DNA of 64,000 nucleotides from an uncultured bacterium (GCA_937903605.1 CALCZC010000025.1:3275-67274), one strand, 5' to 3'. Counted from the stretch's first letter, positions 18,448 through 27,777 are shown. Made by a program: numbers and translations. Notes: generated by a model not told the origin, from the letters alone.

Positions 18448-19854
18448 ATGAAAAGTGTAGTTTTGACCGCGGTTGCGATCTTTTTTGTTTCCATGTTTTT
18501 CATTTCCGGATGTGCCAACTGTAATTATTCCGAACAGTTGGGAGCGTGTCTTGAAGAGACACCGGATAATGGTGTTGACAAAGAAAATAATGACAATTTT
18601 GTTTCAGACAAAGAAATGACTGATGAAGAAGCCAACAATTTGCCAAAAATCGGTGAAGAAGGCGGAGGGTGTTATCCAAACGATACTTGTGACTCCGGTT
18701 TGAAGTGTATCAAGATCAATGAGAAGATGATGTGTATCAAATTGTCCGAAGAAAAAGATGCAGAGGTTGAAGTTCAGGATTTTGCTGTTGAAAACGAATT
18801 ACCTGATAATGATACTGCATCAAACACTGAGAATGATTCTTACTATCAAGATGACACTGAATCATCTGATTTTGAAAATGAGATACCGGATGTTGATCAT
18901 GTTATCAAATGTGATAAACCGGTTGTAGCCGTAGCCTTCAAAGGACCGCAAGGTTATTGTGGTGGCCAATTTCCTTTTGGCCGTTGGCATGACAATGCGG
19001 TTGTTAAAACCGGACAAGAAGTGACCATAGTAGTTGCCAACCCGTTGGGGACTATTCCGACAGGATACAATCTTGCCAATGAGCTCAAGATAATGGTAAA
19101 AATTTCCCAAGATACGGATTATCTCAACAGTAACTTATCTAATGGATTTTTTATTGGAAACAACGCGCTGACCATGGGTCTTACACCGGGTGGTGGTAAC
19201 AAAACGGAAATGAAATTGATTTTTGCAAAAAAATCATCTTCCATTATGGAGCCACAGAAAGTGATTGTCTCCATAGTTCAAACCACCGGTTATGACGGAT
19301 ATGTTGCCCTTGAGAAAGATAAGTTCGGCGGAGTCTATTGTAGCCCCCATGGAACCTGTCCCGTTTTTAGCGAAGTGATTTTGTGGGTAGTCGACTCTTC
19401 CGATTCCATTCAATGGGGTGAACTGAATCAGAGATGTTTGCCGGATAAAAGATGCTCGCGAAATTATTCCGACCAGTGTGTATCCGGTGACGATCAAGAA
19501 TACTTTTGTACCCAATATGGAAATACTTGTGTTTCCAAACCAAAATTGGAAGTGGATCAGGAATATCGCTATTGGGATGCTACCATAGATTGGTATACAG
19601 GTTCGAACTCCGTTTATAACGGTAAAACCACCTGTGAAAGCAAAAGTTCGAGCAATCGTTTTTGTTATCCACCCGATCCATGGACTTGGAATAACGATAG
19701 TGTTTTACCTGCCTGCCAATGCAGTGACAACTCCTTGTTTAAGCCGGCTGGTGCAATGGGATGCGTTGTTGATAAAGGAAGTCGGTGGGTAGATTGTAAA
19801 AGCGATATTTTTTGGAAATACAATTTTTACTCACCCTCCTATATCTGTCAGTAG
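18448..19854 (+). CDS. Cys-rich/Asp-rich lipoprotein (paralogue C)
   Basis: SD TGGAGGT; lipobox ISG-C; N-terminal CANCNYSEQLGAC shared with paralogue A; GEEGGGCYPNDTCDSGLKC module. Confidence 0.85.
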   Translation: MKSVVLTAVAIFFVSMFFISGCANCNYSEQLGACLEETPDNGVDKENNDNFVSDKEMTDEEANNLPKIGEEGGGCYPNDTCDSGLKCIKINEKMMCIKLSEEKDAEVEVQDFAVENELPDNDTASNTENDSYYQDDTESSDFENEIPDVDHVIKCDKPVVAVAFKGPQGYCGGQFPFGRWHDNAVVKTGQEVTIVVANPLGTIPTGYNLANELKIMVKISQDTDYLNSNLSNGFFIGNNALTMGLTPGGGNKTEMKLIFAKKSSSIMEPQKVIVSIVQTTGYDGYVALEKDKFGGVYCSPHGTCPVFSEVILWVVDSSDSIQWGELNQRCLPDKRCSRNYSDQCVSGDDQEYFCTQYGNTCVSKPKLEVDQEYRYWDATIDWYTGSNSVYNGKTTCESKSSSNRFCYPPDPWTWNNDSVLPACQCSDNSLFKPAGAMGCVVDKGSRWVDCKSDIFWKYNFYSPSYICQ

Positions 19855-19874
19855 TTGATAATATAGTTCTTTTT

Positions 19875-19902
19875 AGGTGGCTCTTCTAGAGCCACCTTTT
19901 TT
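19875..19902 (+). terminator. Intrinsic terminator
   Basis: AGGTGGCTC-TTCTA-GAGCCACCT followed by a T run. Confidence 0.9.
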
Positions 19903-19966
19903 ATTTAGTAAAAAATGGCTTAAATAAGCAAAATTTATTTTGGCTAAGATTAGCTAAGTTTACCCC

Positions 19967-19995
19967 TTGACAAAATCGTCAAAATGTGCTATAAT
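19967..19995 (+). promoter_or_regulatory. Perfect consensus sigma70 promoter
   Basis: TTGACA-17 nt-TATAAT with extended TG; paralogous to the promoter at 11881. Confidence 0.85.
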
Positions 19996-20201
19996 ATCAC
20001 GTTACAATCAAAAAGCGTTGGAGAGAGCGCGGAAGTAATAAAAGGCCAAATTCCGTATCTCTCTTTATCAAAAGAGAGTTTTGTTTTTCTAGCCCATTAT
20101 CCCATCAACTAGATTGATTGGATAAAGGAGAGAAAAAATAAAAATCAGGTTCCTTACAATATAGAGTTAGAGTCCAAAAAACCAATAAGTGGAGGAAAAC
20201 C

Positions 20202-21362
20202 ATGAAAAAGCTCATCACCACGGTTGTGGTCGCCTTCTTTTTCGTCGCCTGTGGCGGCAGCAATGTCAACAATGTCAATGACGAATTCGTCGGCAACGAC
20301 GAAAGCATCAATGATGAAATCACCGACAACGAGACTCCCGATGAGATCGTCAGCGATGACGAGATTAACTGGGATGAAGTCGGCCATGAAGGGGAGCCAT
20401 GCTTCCCGAACAATACTTGTCACGAAGGGCTTAAATGCCGTGACGGCAAGTGTGTGGACGACGGTGGCATGTCCGATACCGGTAAACTCAATCATGAGTG
20501 TTACCCGGACGGTTCATGCAGATCAGACGACATGATCTGTGAGGAAGGAATTTGCGTCGAGCGTAAAGCCGATGCGGATGAAACTCTCACGGATAATGAA
20601 GTCGCGGATGATGTTGTGACTGATGACGAAACTTCGGATGAAATCATTTCCGATGAGGAAGTGGTGGATGAAGAAGTGATGACTGACAACGACATCGTTG
20701 ACAATCCCGTGGTCGACAATGACACGGCCGAAGATCCTCTGACCGGGATTGAAGCGGGACATCCCTGCTACCCCAACAACACCTGCGATAGTATCAAAGG
20801 TCTTGTATGTCAGAACGGTCTCTGTCAGTATCCTGGCACCACGCCGGATGTTGATACTGCGACTCCGGACGAGGACGAAGTCCTTGTCGATGATGAGACA
20901 GTCACTGATTCCGACGTTGCTTCTGATGAAGAAGTGACAGACGATGATGTGCTTCTCACAGAAGAAGAACCGGTGGTTGATAATGATACCACTGAAGTTC
21001 CGGATCAGGACAATCTGCCGTCCGACATCGGAAACAAGGGGCAGAGTTGTTACCCCAACCACACCTGTAATGGTGTGCTGGTCTGTATCGTTGGCACTGA
21101 AATATGTGCTGATGAACCGATTGCTGTCCTCGGACAGTATGAGGGCAGATGTTGGGACTACAAGGATCCTCTTACAGGAAAAACCACCTGTGAAAAAGAG
21201 GGCTGGTACTGGTCTCCTGCTATCTGGGCCGAGACTTCGGACCAATTCCCGCTTTGTATCGGTAGCAGCACCAGACGTCCGTATCTTGCGGAATGTCAGT
21301 TGCAAACCAACAGCGGAGAGCCTCGTAGTTCGGTGTGGTATAAATATCCGACCACGCCGTAA
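20202..21362 (+). CDS. Cys-rich/Asp-rich lipoprotein (paralogue D)
   Basis: SD TGGAGG; lipobox FVA-C; four G..G..C(Y/F)P(N/D)..C...L.C modules separated by D/E/T/V-rich linkers. Confidence 0.85.
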   Translation: MKKLITTVVVAFFFVACGGSNVNNVNDEFVGNDESINDEITDNETPDEIVSDDEINWDEVGHEGEPCFPNNTCHEGLKCRDGKCVDDGGMSDTGKLNHECYPDGSCRSDDMICEEGICVERKADADETLTDNEVADDVVTDDETSDEIISDEEVVDEEVMTDNDIVDNPVVDNDTAEDPLTGIEAGHPCYPNNTCDSIKGLVCQNGLCQYPGTTPDVDTATPDEDEVLVDDETVTDSDVASDEEVTDDDVLLTEEEPVVDNDTTEVPDQDNLPSDIGNKGQSCYPNHTCNGVLVCIVGTEICADEPIAVLGQYEGRCWDYKDPLTGKTTCEKEGWYWSPAIWAETSDQFPLCIGSSTRRPYLAECQLQTNSGEPRSSVWYKYPTTP

Positions 21363-21479
21363 ATTCTAACTCTAGGATTTAACATAATGGACCGGGCACC
21401 TGACTTTACGTCAAGGCCCCGGTCCAATCTTTATATGAGATTGTCACATTCTCTCCTGATGACGATCTCAGATAATATC

Positions 21480-21512
21480 AAAAAACCTTTCACTTTTCGT
21501 GAGGGGTTTTTT
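21480..21512 (+). terminator. Intrinsic terminator
   Basis: AAAAACCTTTCAC-TTTTC-GTGAGGGGTTTTT hairpin (with G-U pairs) plus T run. Confidence 0.7.
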
Positions 21513-21641
21513 GTTTTATAAGAGGGGAAAGTGTGATATAATATATTTAAATAATAAATTCAAAATCTCAAATCCCAAATTATTTGGAACTTGTGATTTT
21601 TAATTTGTAATTTATTTTAAATATTAATATTTAAAATCTCT

Positions 21642-22964
21642 ATGTTTATTCGAAAAATTGTTTTTTTAACGGCAGTGTTTTTATTTATGCCGTTGGTTGT
21701 TTCTGCTGAAACAACTTCTACCACGTCAACGGTAGAAACTATTGTGTTCAAGGTTTTTAACGCTGATTGTGAAAATATCTCCGAAGGCCTTTTGGCCAAT
21801 AGTTGTTATGTCAAAAAAGCCGCTGATAATCTGGATTGTTCGTATTGTGAAAAAATAAATTGGTTTGGCGGGCGTGTTTCTTGCTGTGTCGGTGTGATAA
21901 ACAGTTTCACTCGAGAGGGATTGTGTGACAATTTGACCGAAACAAAATTGAAAGAAAAATGTTTATTACATTTGGCAGTCAAAACCAAAAACGGAGCTTT
22001 GTGTAAACAAATAAAAGATAAAAATGAAAATTTTGCTTGTCGAGCTGAGATAGCCAAGCAAGCTACTGATTTGAAGCAGTGCGATAAAATGAATAAAATA
22101 GAAAAAGATTATTGCCTTTTGAAATTTGCAGAAACGCAAAAGAATGAAAAAATTTGCGCCAAAATAGGTGAACGCGGAGTTAAAAGATTTTGTTACAATA
22201 AATTGGCGGTGTTAAAAAACAATGAAAAGCTTTGTCCTTTAACTGCTAATGCGGATAAATGTTATTTGGCAGTAGCGGAAAGTAAAAAAGATGGAGCGCT
22301 TTGCGCTAAAATCAAAGACGGGTCTTTGGTTGGGTATTGTTTGGACAGAGTGGCAATAGTTAAAAAAGATTATAATGCTTGCAATTTGATAAAAGGAAAT
22401 TATAAATTTGATTGTATTTTTGATGTTGGTAAAGCAAAAGGTAGCGCCATGTCTTGTGAAAAAATAACGGATAAAGAAAAAAATTATACATGTGTTACGC
22501 ATTTTGCGACAGAACGTGAAGATTTGAGTTATTGTAATTATCTGAAAGATAAAACTAAACTTACTGCATGTACCGACGAAGTAGCAAAAACCATAAATGC
22601 CAGAGTTCAAGACGCTCAACGGATATCCGATTTAAAATCTATGCAAACGGCTTTGGAACTTTATTTTATGGATAATAATGAATATCCAGAAGGAAAAGAT
22701 ATTGTTCTTGGTGGTTCAAATGGAGTTTGTTTGATAAATACCGGAATTGAAGGAGAAAATTGGACCTGTCCGGAAAATCCGACAGTTGTTTATTTTAATA
22801 GTATTCCCGCAGACCCTATTAACACTGGTATTTATACTTATACCTATACCAAAACCTCTGGAGTCTCACCTTGTTATCATATTATTGCCAGATTTGAAAC
22901 AAATTATGGCGAATATAAGGCCGGGCCGTTTTATGTAAGTTGTGAAGGTGGAATTTTTCAGTAA
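21642..22964 (+). CDS. Secreted Cys-repeat protein with a C-terminal pilin/GspG-like domain
   Basis: Signal peptide; tandem C..I......C...A repeats; DAQRISDLKSMQTALELYF...YP and IPADP motifs of pilin/pseudopilin globular domains. Confidence 0.75.
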   Translation: MFIRKIVFLTAVFLFMPLVVSAETTSTTSTVETIVFKVFNADCENISEGLLANSCYVKKAADNLDCSYCEKINWFGGRVSCCVGVINSFTREGLCDNLTETKLKEKCLLHLAVKTKNGALCKQIKDKNENFACRAEIAKQATDLKQCDKMNKIEKDYCLLKFAETQKNEKICAKIGERGVKRFCYNKLAVLKNNEKLCPLTANADKCYLAVAESKKDGALCAKIKDGSLVGYCLDRVAIVKKDYNACNLIKGNYKFDCIFDVGKAKGSAMSCEKITDKEKNYTCVTHFATEREDLSYCNYLKDKTKLTACTDEVAKTINARVQDAQRISDLKSMQTALELYFMDNNEYPEGKDIVLGGSNGVCLINTGIEGENWTCPENPTVVYFNSIPADPINTGIYTYTYTKTSGVSPCYHIIARFETNYGEYKAGPFYVSCEGGIFQ

Positions 22965-23054
22965 AATTTAAGTTATACCTTTGAAAACTCGGCTTCGTAA
23001 AAAGAGCCGAATTTTCTTGATTTTTAGCGAAAAATGTGCTATAATTTAGATAGT

Positions 23055-24521
23055 ATGACAAATCTTTGGGAAACATACAAAGAAGAGTTATGGTGGTCGG
23101 TTTTGGCTATATTTACGATGTCTGGCTATCTTTTATATTACTTGAATATAGGCCAAAATCTTTGGATTTATGCTTTTGCTGTTTTGGTGGTCGGATTGGC
23201 TATTTTGAAATTTCCTCAAATAGGATTATATGTTATATTTTTTTGTACTTTGATTTTTGAGCGACATTTTACTTTACAAACGTTGGTATTTAGAGAAATT
23301 GAATACAAATTATACCCACTTGATATTGTTATTCTTATCATAATTCTTTCAATTTTTCTGAAATTTTTTGCTCAACACGATAAAGAAGAAAATATAATCT
23401 TTAATAAATTTGATTATCCGATATTTCTCTTCGGTTTATCCGCTACTTTATCCTTTATTTATGCGATGTTGATAAGAGTTGATCCGGCAACAGCTTTCGG
23501 GGCTTATAAAAATTATTTTCTTTACGCTATCATTTATTTTATAGCTCTTGTTGTTTTAAAAACAAAAGAGGATTGGGAAAAAATGATGTTCTGGATAACT
23601 CTGGGAGCAGGTTTGATGTTTTATTTTCTGGGTTATGGATTGTTGACCGGACATGGATTATGGAGTGAATATACACCGCTTTCTACCGCTGGTGAAAGAT
23701 TGATAGCCGGGACGCACGCCTTTTATTTTATGATTTTTGGTTTTTGGTTGACAGCTCTTTATTTTTGGAAAAAAGAAGAAAAAAAATTATTTGGAAAAAA
23801 AGAAATATTGATAGCTATTTTTCTTATATTAGCAGCCCTGCTAGTTTCTCTGGTACGTCATTTATGGTTAGCGTTGATTTTGATTTTGCTGCTGTGGTTG
23901 ATCTTTTTACCTTCAAACAAAAAAAAGATTCTATACAATATATTTACCAGAACTATTTTGGTTGCTGTTACAGCATCAGTCGTTTTTATTTGGCTTTATG
24001 GTTTATTTTCCGGAGATTTTCCTTCTTTCATAAACAAATATATTTATGTTTTTAAGGAAAGAGCCAGTATAGTCAATGTGGTCAATTTACAAGACGAGAG
24101 CTTCCGTTGGCGTATTTCTGCTTGGGTGGCAGGATTATCTTTGTGGCAAACTTCGCCTGTCTGGGGAATTGGTTTAGGTCATCAAATAGTAGGATATGAC
24201 GAACTTTTCTTTTTTGATATTCCGCCGCGCGATCTCCATAATAATTATTTAGGTATTTTTATTCAGATGGGTATTCTGGGAATTTTAGCGGTAATTTATT
24301 GGTTTATTTATTTATTAAATAGTTTACAAAAAATCTGGTTGTCCGTAAGAGAAAAAGGGGATTTTAACACTCAATTATTTTTTATTTGGGGAAACACGGT
24401 GATATTGTTTATGATCGTATTTTTCATCTCTGTTTACTGGGACATAAATCTTTTTGTTATTTGGTGGTGGCTGTCTTTGGCGGCTATAAGATTTTTGGCA
24501 AAAGAAACCGAAAATATATGA
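23055..24521 (+). CDS. O-antigen ligase/Wzy-family membrane protein
   Basis: Many TMs; SFRWRISAW, PVWGIGLG and DLHNNYLGIFIQMGILG motifs. Confidence 0.85.
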   Translation: MTNLWETYKEELWWSVLAIFTMSGYLLYYLNIGQNLWIYAFAVLVVGLAILKFPQIGLYVIFFCTLIFERHFTLQTLVFREIEYKLYPLDIVILIIILSIFLKFFAQHDKEENIIFNKFDYPIFLFGLSATLSFIYAMLIRVDPATAFGAYKNYFLYAIIYFIALVVLKTKEDWEKMMFWITLGAGLMFYFLGYGLLTGHGLWSEYTPLSTAGERLIAGTHAFYFMIFGFWLTALYFWKKEEKKLFGKKEILIAIFLILAALLVSLVRHLWLALILILLLWLIFLPSNKKKILYNIFTRTILVAVTASVVFIWLYGLFSGDFPSFINKYIYVFKERASIVNVVNLQDESFRWRISAWVAGLSLWQTSPVWGIGLGHQIVGYDELFFFDIPPRDLHNNYLGIFIQMGILGILAVIYWFIYLLNSLQKIWLSVREKGDFNTQLFFIWGNTVILFMIVFFISVYWDINLFVIWWWLSLAAIRFLAKETENI

Positions 24522-25729
24522 AAATTTTACAGATAAATAAATTTTATTATCGCAAAGGCGGAGCAGACCAGCATTTTTTGGATTTGGTTTCTTTGTTGAA
24601 GGAGCAGGGGAATGAAGTTTCGGTTTTTTCCATGCGCGATAAAAATAATGAAAAAACTGAAGATGAAAAATATTTTGTTTCACATCGCGAGTTCGGTAAG
24701 TTCAATCTAAACGCCTATCTGAGACCTCTGAAAACAATTTATTCTTATGAGGCTAAAAGAAAAATTACCAAATTAATTAAAGATAAGAAACCAGAAATAG
24801 CACATTTGCATCTCATTTATCATCATCTTACCCCTTCCATTTTGCCGGTATTGAAAAAAAATAAAATTCCGGTAGTGGCTACCATTCACGATTGGAAATA
24901 TCTTTGCCCAAATTATTTATTATTTACACAAGACAAAGTTTGTGATCGTTGTAAGGGTGGAAAATATATAAATTGTTTTAAATATAGATGTCTGCACGGG
25001 AGTTTGCCACAAAGTTTTCTCGCTACGATGGAAGCCTATTTTCATCATGCAAAAAAATATTATGAAAATTACATAGATCTATACATAGCGCCAAGTGAAT
25101 TTGTTAGAAATAAATTCATTGAATTTGGTTATCCGGCGAAAAAAATTATTGTTCTACCTCATTTTTTACCAAATGAATTTTTGAAAATAAAAAAAGGAAA
25201 TACCCCAACATCTCTACCTTTGAGTTTTGCCTATGTTGGTAGATTATCTCCGGAAAAAGGTATTGTTCGTTTGGGTCAAATTTGGTTAGAACAAAACATT
25301 CCGTATCGTTTAGAAATTTTTGGTTCCGGTCCGGAAGAAGAAAAAATAAAAAAAATAGTGGAAAAAAGTCACGGGAAAATAGTTTGGCACGGTTTTATGC
25401 CACGAAAAGATATTTTCAAGAATTACGGACGTTTTTGCGCCACTATTTCTCCAAGTGTTTGTTACGAAACATTTGGATTGTCTGTTTTGGAATCTTTGAG
25501 TTTTGATGTTCCGGCTATAGTTAACAGCCTAGGTGGTTTACAAGAATTTACCCGAAAAACTCCGGCGGTCTTGGGTTTTGATATGGAGAAACCGGAAACT
25601 TTATTACCCACTCTTCAAAAATCTTTGGAACCAAAAATCCGAGAAGAGGCGATAAAATTTTGTTTGAATTATCCTACGATGAAAGATTATTATCAAAAAA
25701 TAACGGCTACATATCAAAGTTTGTTATGA
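24518..25729 (+). CDS. Glycosyltransferase family 4
   Basis: MKILQINKFYYRKGGAD, YVGRLSPEKG, ETFGLSVLES; ATGA overlap with the upstream gene. Confidence 0.9.
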   Translation: MKILQINKFYYRKGGADQHFLDLVSLLKEQGNEVSVFSMRDKNNEKTEDEKYFVSHREFGKFNLNAYLRPLKTIYSYEAKRKITKLIKDKKPEIAHLHLIYHHLTPSILPVLKKNKIPVVATIHDWKYLCPNYLLFTQDKVCDRCKGGKYINCFKYRCLHGSLPQSFLATMEAYFHHAKKYYENYIDLYIAPSEFVRNKFIEFGYPAKKIIVLPHFLPNEFLKIKKGNTPTSLPLSFAYVGRLSPEKGIVRLGQIWLEQNIPYRLEIFGSGPEEEKIKKIVEKSHGKIVWHGFMPRKDIFKNYGRFCATISPSVCYETFGLSVLESLSFDVPAIVNSLGGLQEFTRKTPAVLGFDMEKPETLLPTLQKSLEPKIREEAIKFCLNYPTMKDYYQKITATYQSLL

Positions 25730-27729
25730 AATTTTTGAAATTAAAATTTATAATTATATTTTTGATAAGCTTGTTTTTGTTTCCGCAGGAAATTTTTGCG
25801 GCTACGGATAAAAACCCTTCTTTAGCCAATTTTTATTTATATACCCCTATAAACGAGGTTGATGCCAGGGAGTTGGCGAAATGGGACATACTCGTGTTAC
25901 AAATGATTGCTCAAGAAAATAGTGCCGAACAATTGAAATTAATAAAAAAACTTAATCCCAAGATTATTATTTTAGCCTATATCGCTTCCGAAGAATTTCC
26001 GGTAAGTATGTATAAACAATGGGACAAACCAGGTGGTCTTTTCTATCGATTACTTTCGGGGATTACTGATGAGATGTGGTTAAGAGATAGTTCCGGTAAT
26101 CATGTTGCATTTTGGAAAGATAATTGGATGCTCAACGCAACTGACTACCCGACCAAAAATAAAAGATGGAATGAATATTTGGCTGAATTTGTAAACAAAG
26201 AAATTTTATCCACCGGTTTATGGGACGGTGTTTTTTATGATAATGTTTGGGAAAGTGTTGATTGGATAAATGATAAAATTGATGCGGATAATAATAAAAT
26301 TACCGATAAAGCCGATGTCTTAAATAAAAACTGGAGCAATGGTATGAAAAAACTTTTTGCTTTGACCAGGCAGAAGGCTAACAAAAAAATTTATATTATC
26401 GGTAATGGAGACAGAGGGTATTATGGAGACATAAACGGTATTTACTTTGAAAATTTTACCATAAGTCCTTATCTATCTTGGGAAGAAAAGATGAAATTGT
26501 ATCGTCGTTCTTCTTTGACACATGCTTTACCAACAACCCCGATAGTGGGTAATACCGCCCCCAAAGCCAACGGTCAGTTTGATTATAGAAATATGCGTTT
26601 TGGCTTAGGGAGTGCTCTGCTTGAAAATGGTTATTATGCACTTGACGGCGGAGATCAAACTCACCGTGAACGTTGGTGGTATGATGAATACGATTTGAAT
26701 TTGGGCAAACCGTTATCAGAAGCAGCTTCACTTACCGGTTTAAAGGATTATGCCAAAGATTTGTGGCGTCGTGATTTCGAAAATGGAATTGTTTTGGTAA
26801 ATCCAACCGCAAAAGCCATGGAAATTGATTTGGGTGGAGATTTTGAAAAAATATTTGGACGTCAAGATTCTTATGTGAATGACGGAAAAATAGTAAATAG
26901 AGTAAAAATAGGTGCGCGAGACAGTTTGATTTTATTAAAAACTTTTCAAACCCTGACGGATGCTTTTTTTGTTAACGGTGATTTTGTTAGATTTTATTCA
27001 AAAGAGGGGAATAAGGCTAGAAATGGTTTTTTTGCTTTTGACAGTAATTATCCTGGCGGGGCAAAAATATATTCCGGCGATCTTAATGGTAACGGAAAAA
27101 ATGAAAAAGTTATTGTGGATAAGAAAAAACTGGAGATTTTAAACAGCGACGGCGGTAGATGGTTTAATGATTTTCCTTTGGGTTTTGCGATAAAGAGCGA
27201 TTTACAAGTGGCGGTTGGTAAAATATATCCAGGAAAAGAAAAACAAATGTTGGTTACTAGTCAAACATCAAATAAAATTTCTTTCTTAAATTATCACGGA
27301 AAAACACTTAAAGAAAATTTTTATCCGTTAGGAAAAAAATATACAGGAGGATTTACCGGAGCCGTAGGTGATTTGGAAAATGACGGAGCTGGAGAATTTG
27401 TTTTTGGAACAAGTAAAGGTAAAATAGGAGAAGTTGTTGTTTTTGATCAGAATTTAAGTAGAATAAAATTACGTTTTTATCCATACGGAAATAAATATCT
27501 CAGCGGGGTTTATGTAGCGGTTGGTGATATTAACAAAGATGGTAAACAAGAAATTATAACATCGCCGATAGATAGTAACCGAGTGAATATCAAAGTATTT
27601 AGCAATAAAGGAAAGTTACTTCACGAATTTAAAGATCAAACAAGCTTCAATAATAAGACGGGAATTTATACCGAAACTATAGATGTGGATTATGATGGTT
27701 CGATGGAAATTATGGCGATAAGTTTATAA
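25726..27729 (+). CDS. Secreted putative glycoside hydrolase (TIM-barrel type) with C-terminal FG-GAP-like repeats
   Basis: Signal peptide; LAKWDILVL, WDGVFYDN, WWYDEYD..LG.P, WRRDFENGIVLVNPT; repeats VAVGDINKDGKQEIIT. Confidence 0.75.
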   Translation: MKFLKLKFIIIFLISLFLFPQEIFAATDKNPSLANFYLYTPINEVDARELAKWDILVLQMIAQENSAEQLKLIKKLNPKIIILAYIASEEFPVSMYKQWDKPGGLFYRLLSGITDEMWLRDSSGNHVAFWKDNWMLNATDYPTKNKRWNEYLAEFVNKEILSTGLWDGVFYDNVWESVDWINDKIDADNNKITDKADVLNKNWSNGMKKLFALTRQKANKKIYIIGNGDRGYYGDINGIYFENFTISPYLSWEEKMKLYRRSSLTHALPTTPIVGNTAPKANGQFDYRNMRFGLGSALLENGYYALDGGDQTHRERWWYDEYDLNLGKPLSEAASLTGLKDYAKDLWRRDFENGIVLVNPTAKAMEIDLGGDFEKIFGRQDSYVNDGKIVNRVKIGARDSLILLKTFQTLTDAFFVNGDFVRFYSKEGNKARNGFFAFDSNYPGGAKIYSGDLNGNGKNEKVIVDKKKLEILNSDGGRWFNDFPLGFAIKSDLQVAVGKIYPGKEKQMLVTSQTSNKISFLNYHGKTLKENFYPLGKKYTGGFTGAVGDLENDGAGEFVFGTSKGKIGEVVVFDQNLSRIKLRFYPYGNKYLSGVYVAVGDINKDGKQEIITSPIDSNRVNIKVFSNKGKLLHEFKDQTSFNNKTGIYTETIDVDYDGSMEIMAISL

Positions 27730-27764
27730 AAAATACCCTTGACTTGAAGTCAAGGGTATTTTTT
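27728..27764. terminator. Bidirectional intrinsic terminator
   Basis: AAAAAATACCCTTGACT-TGA-AGTCAAGGGTATTTTTT between convergent genes. Confidence 0.9.
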
Positions 27765-27777
27765 ATTTAATTTTTTA

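Noticed and set aside
13323-21362. Diversity-generating retroelement acting on the variable C-termini
   Set aside because: No reverse transcriptase, and no near-identical TR/VR pair differing only at adenines was seen in the window.
10107-21512. Integron cassette array, prophage or transposon as the explanation for the island
   Set aside because: No integrase, transposase or phage genes; no convincing attC (RYYYAAC...GTTRRRY) sites or flanking direct repeats; the genes carry their own promoters, unlike typical integron cassettes.
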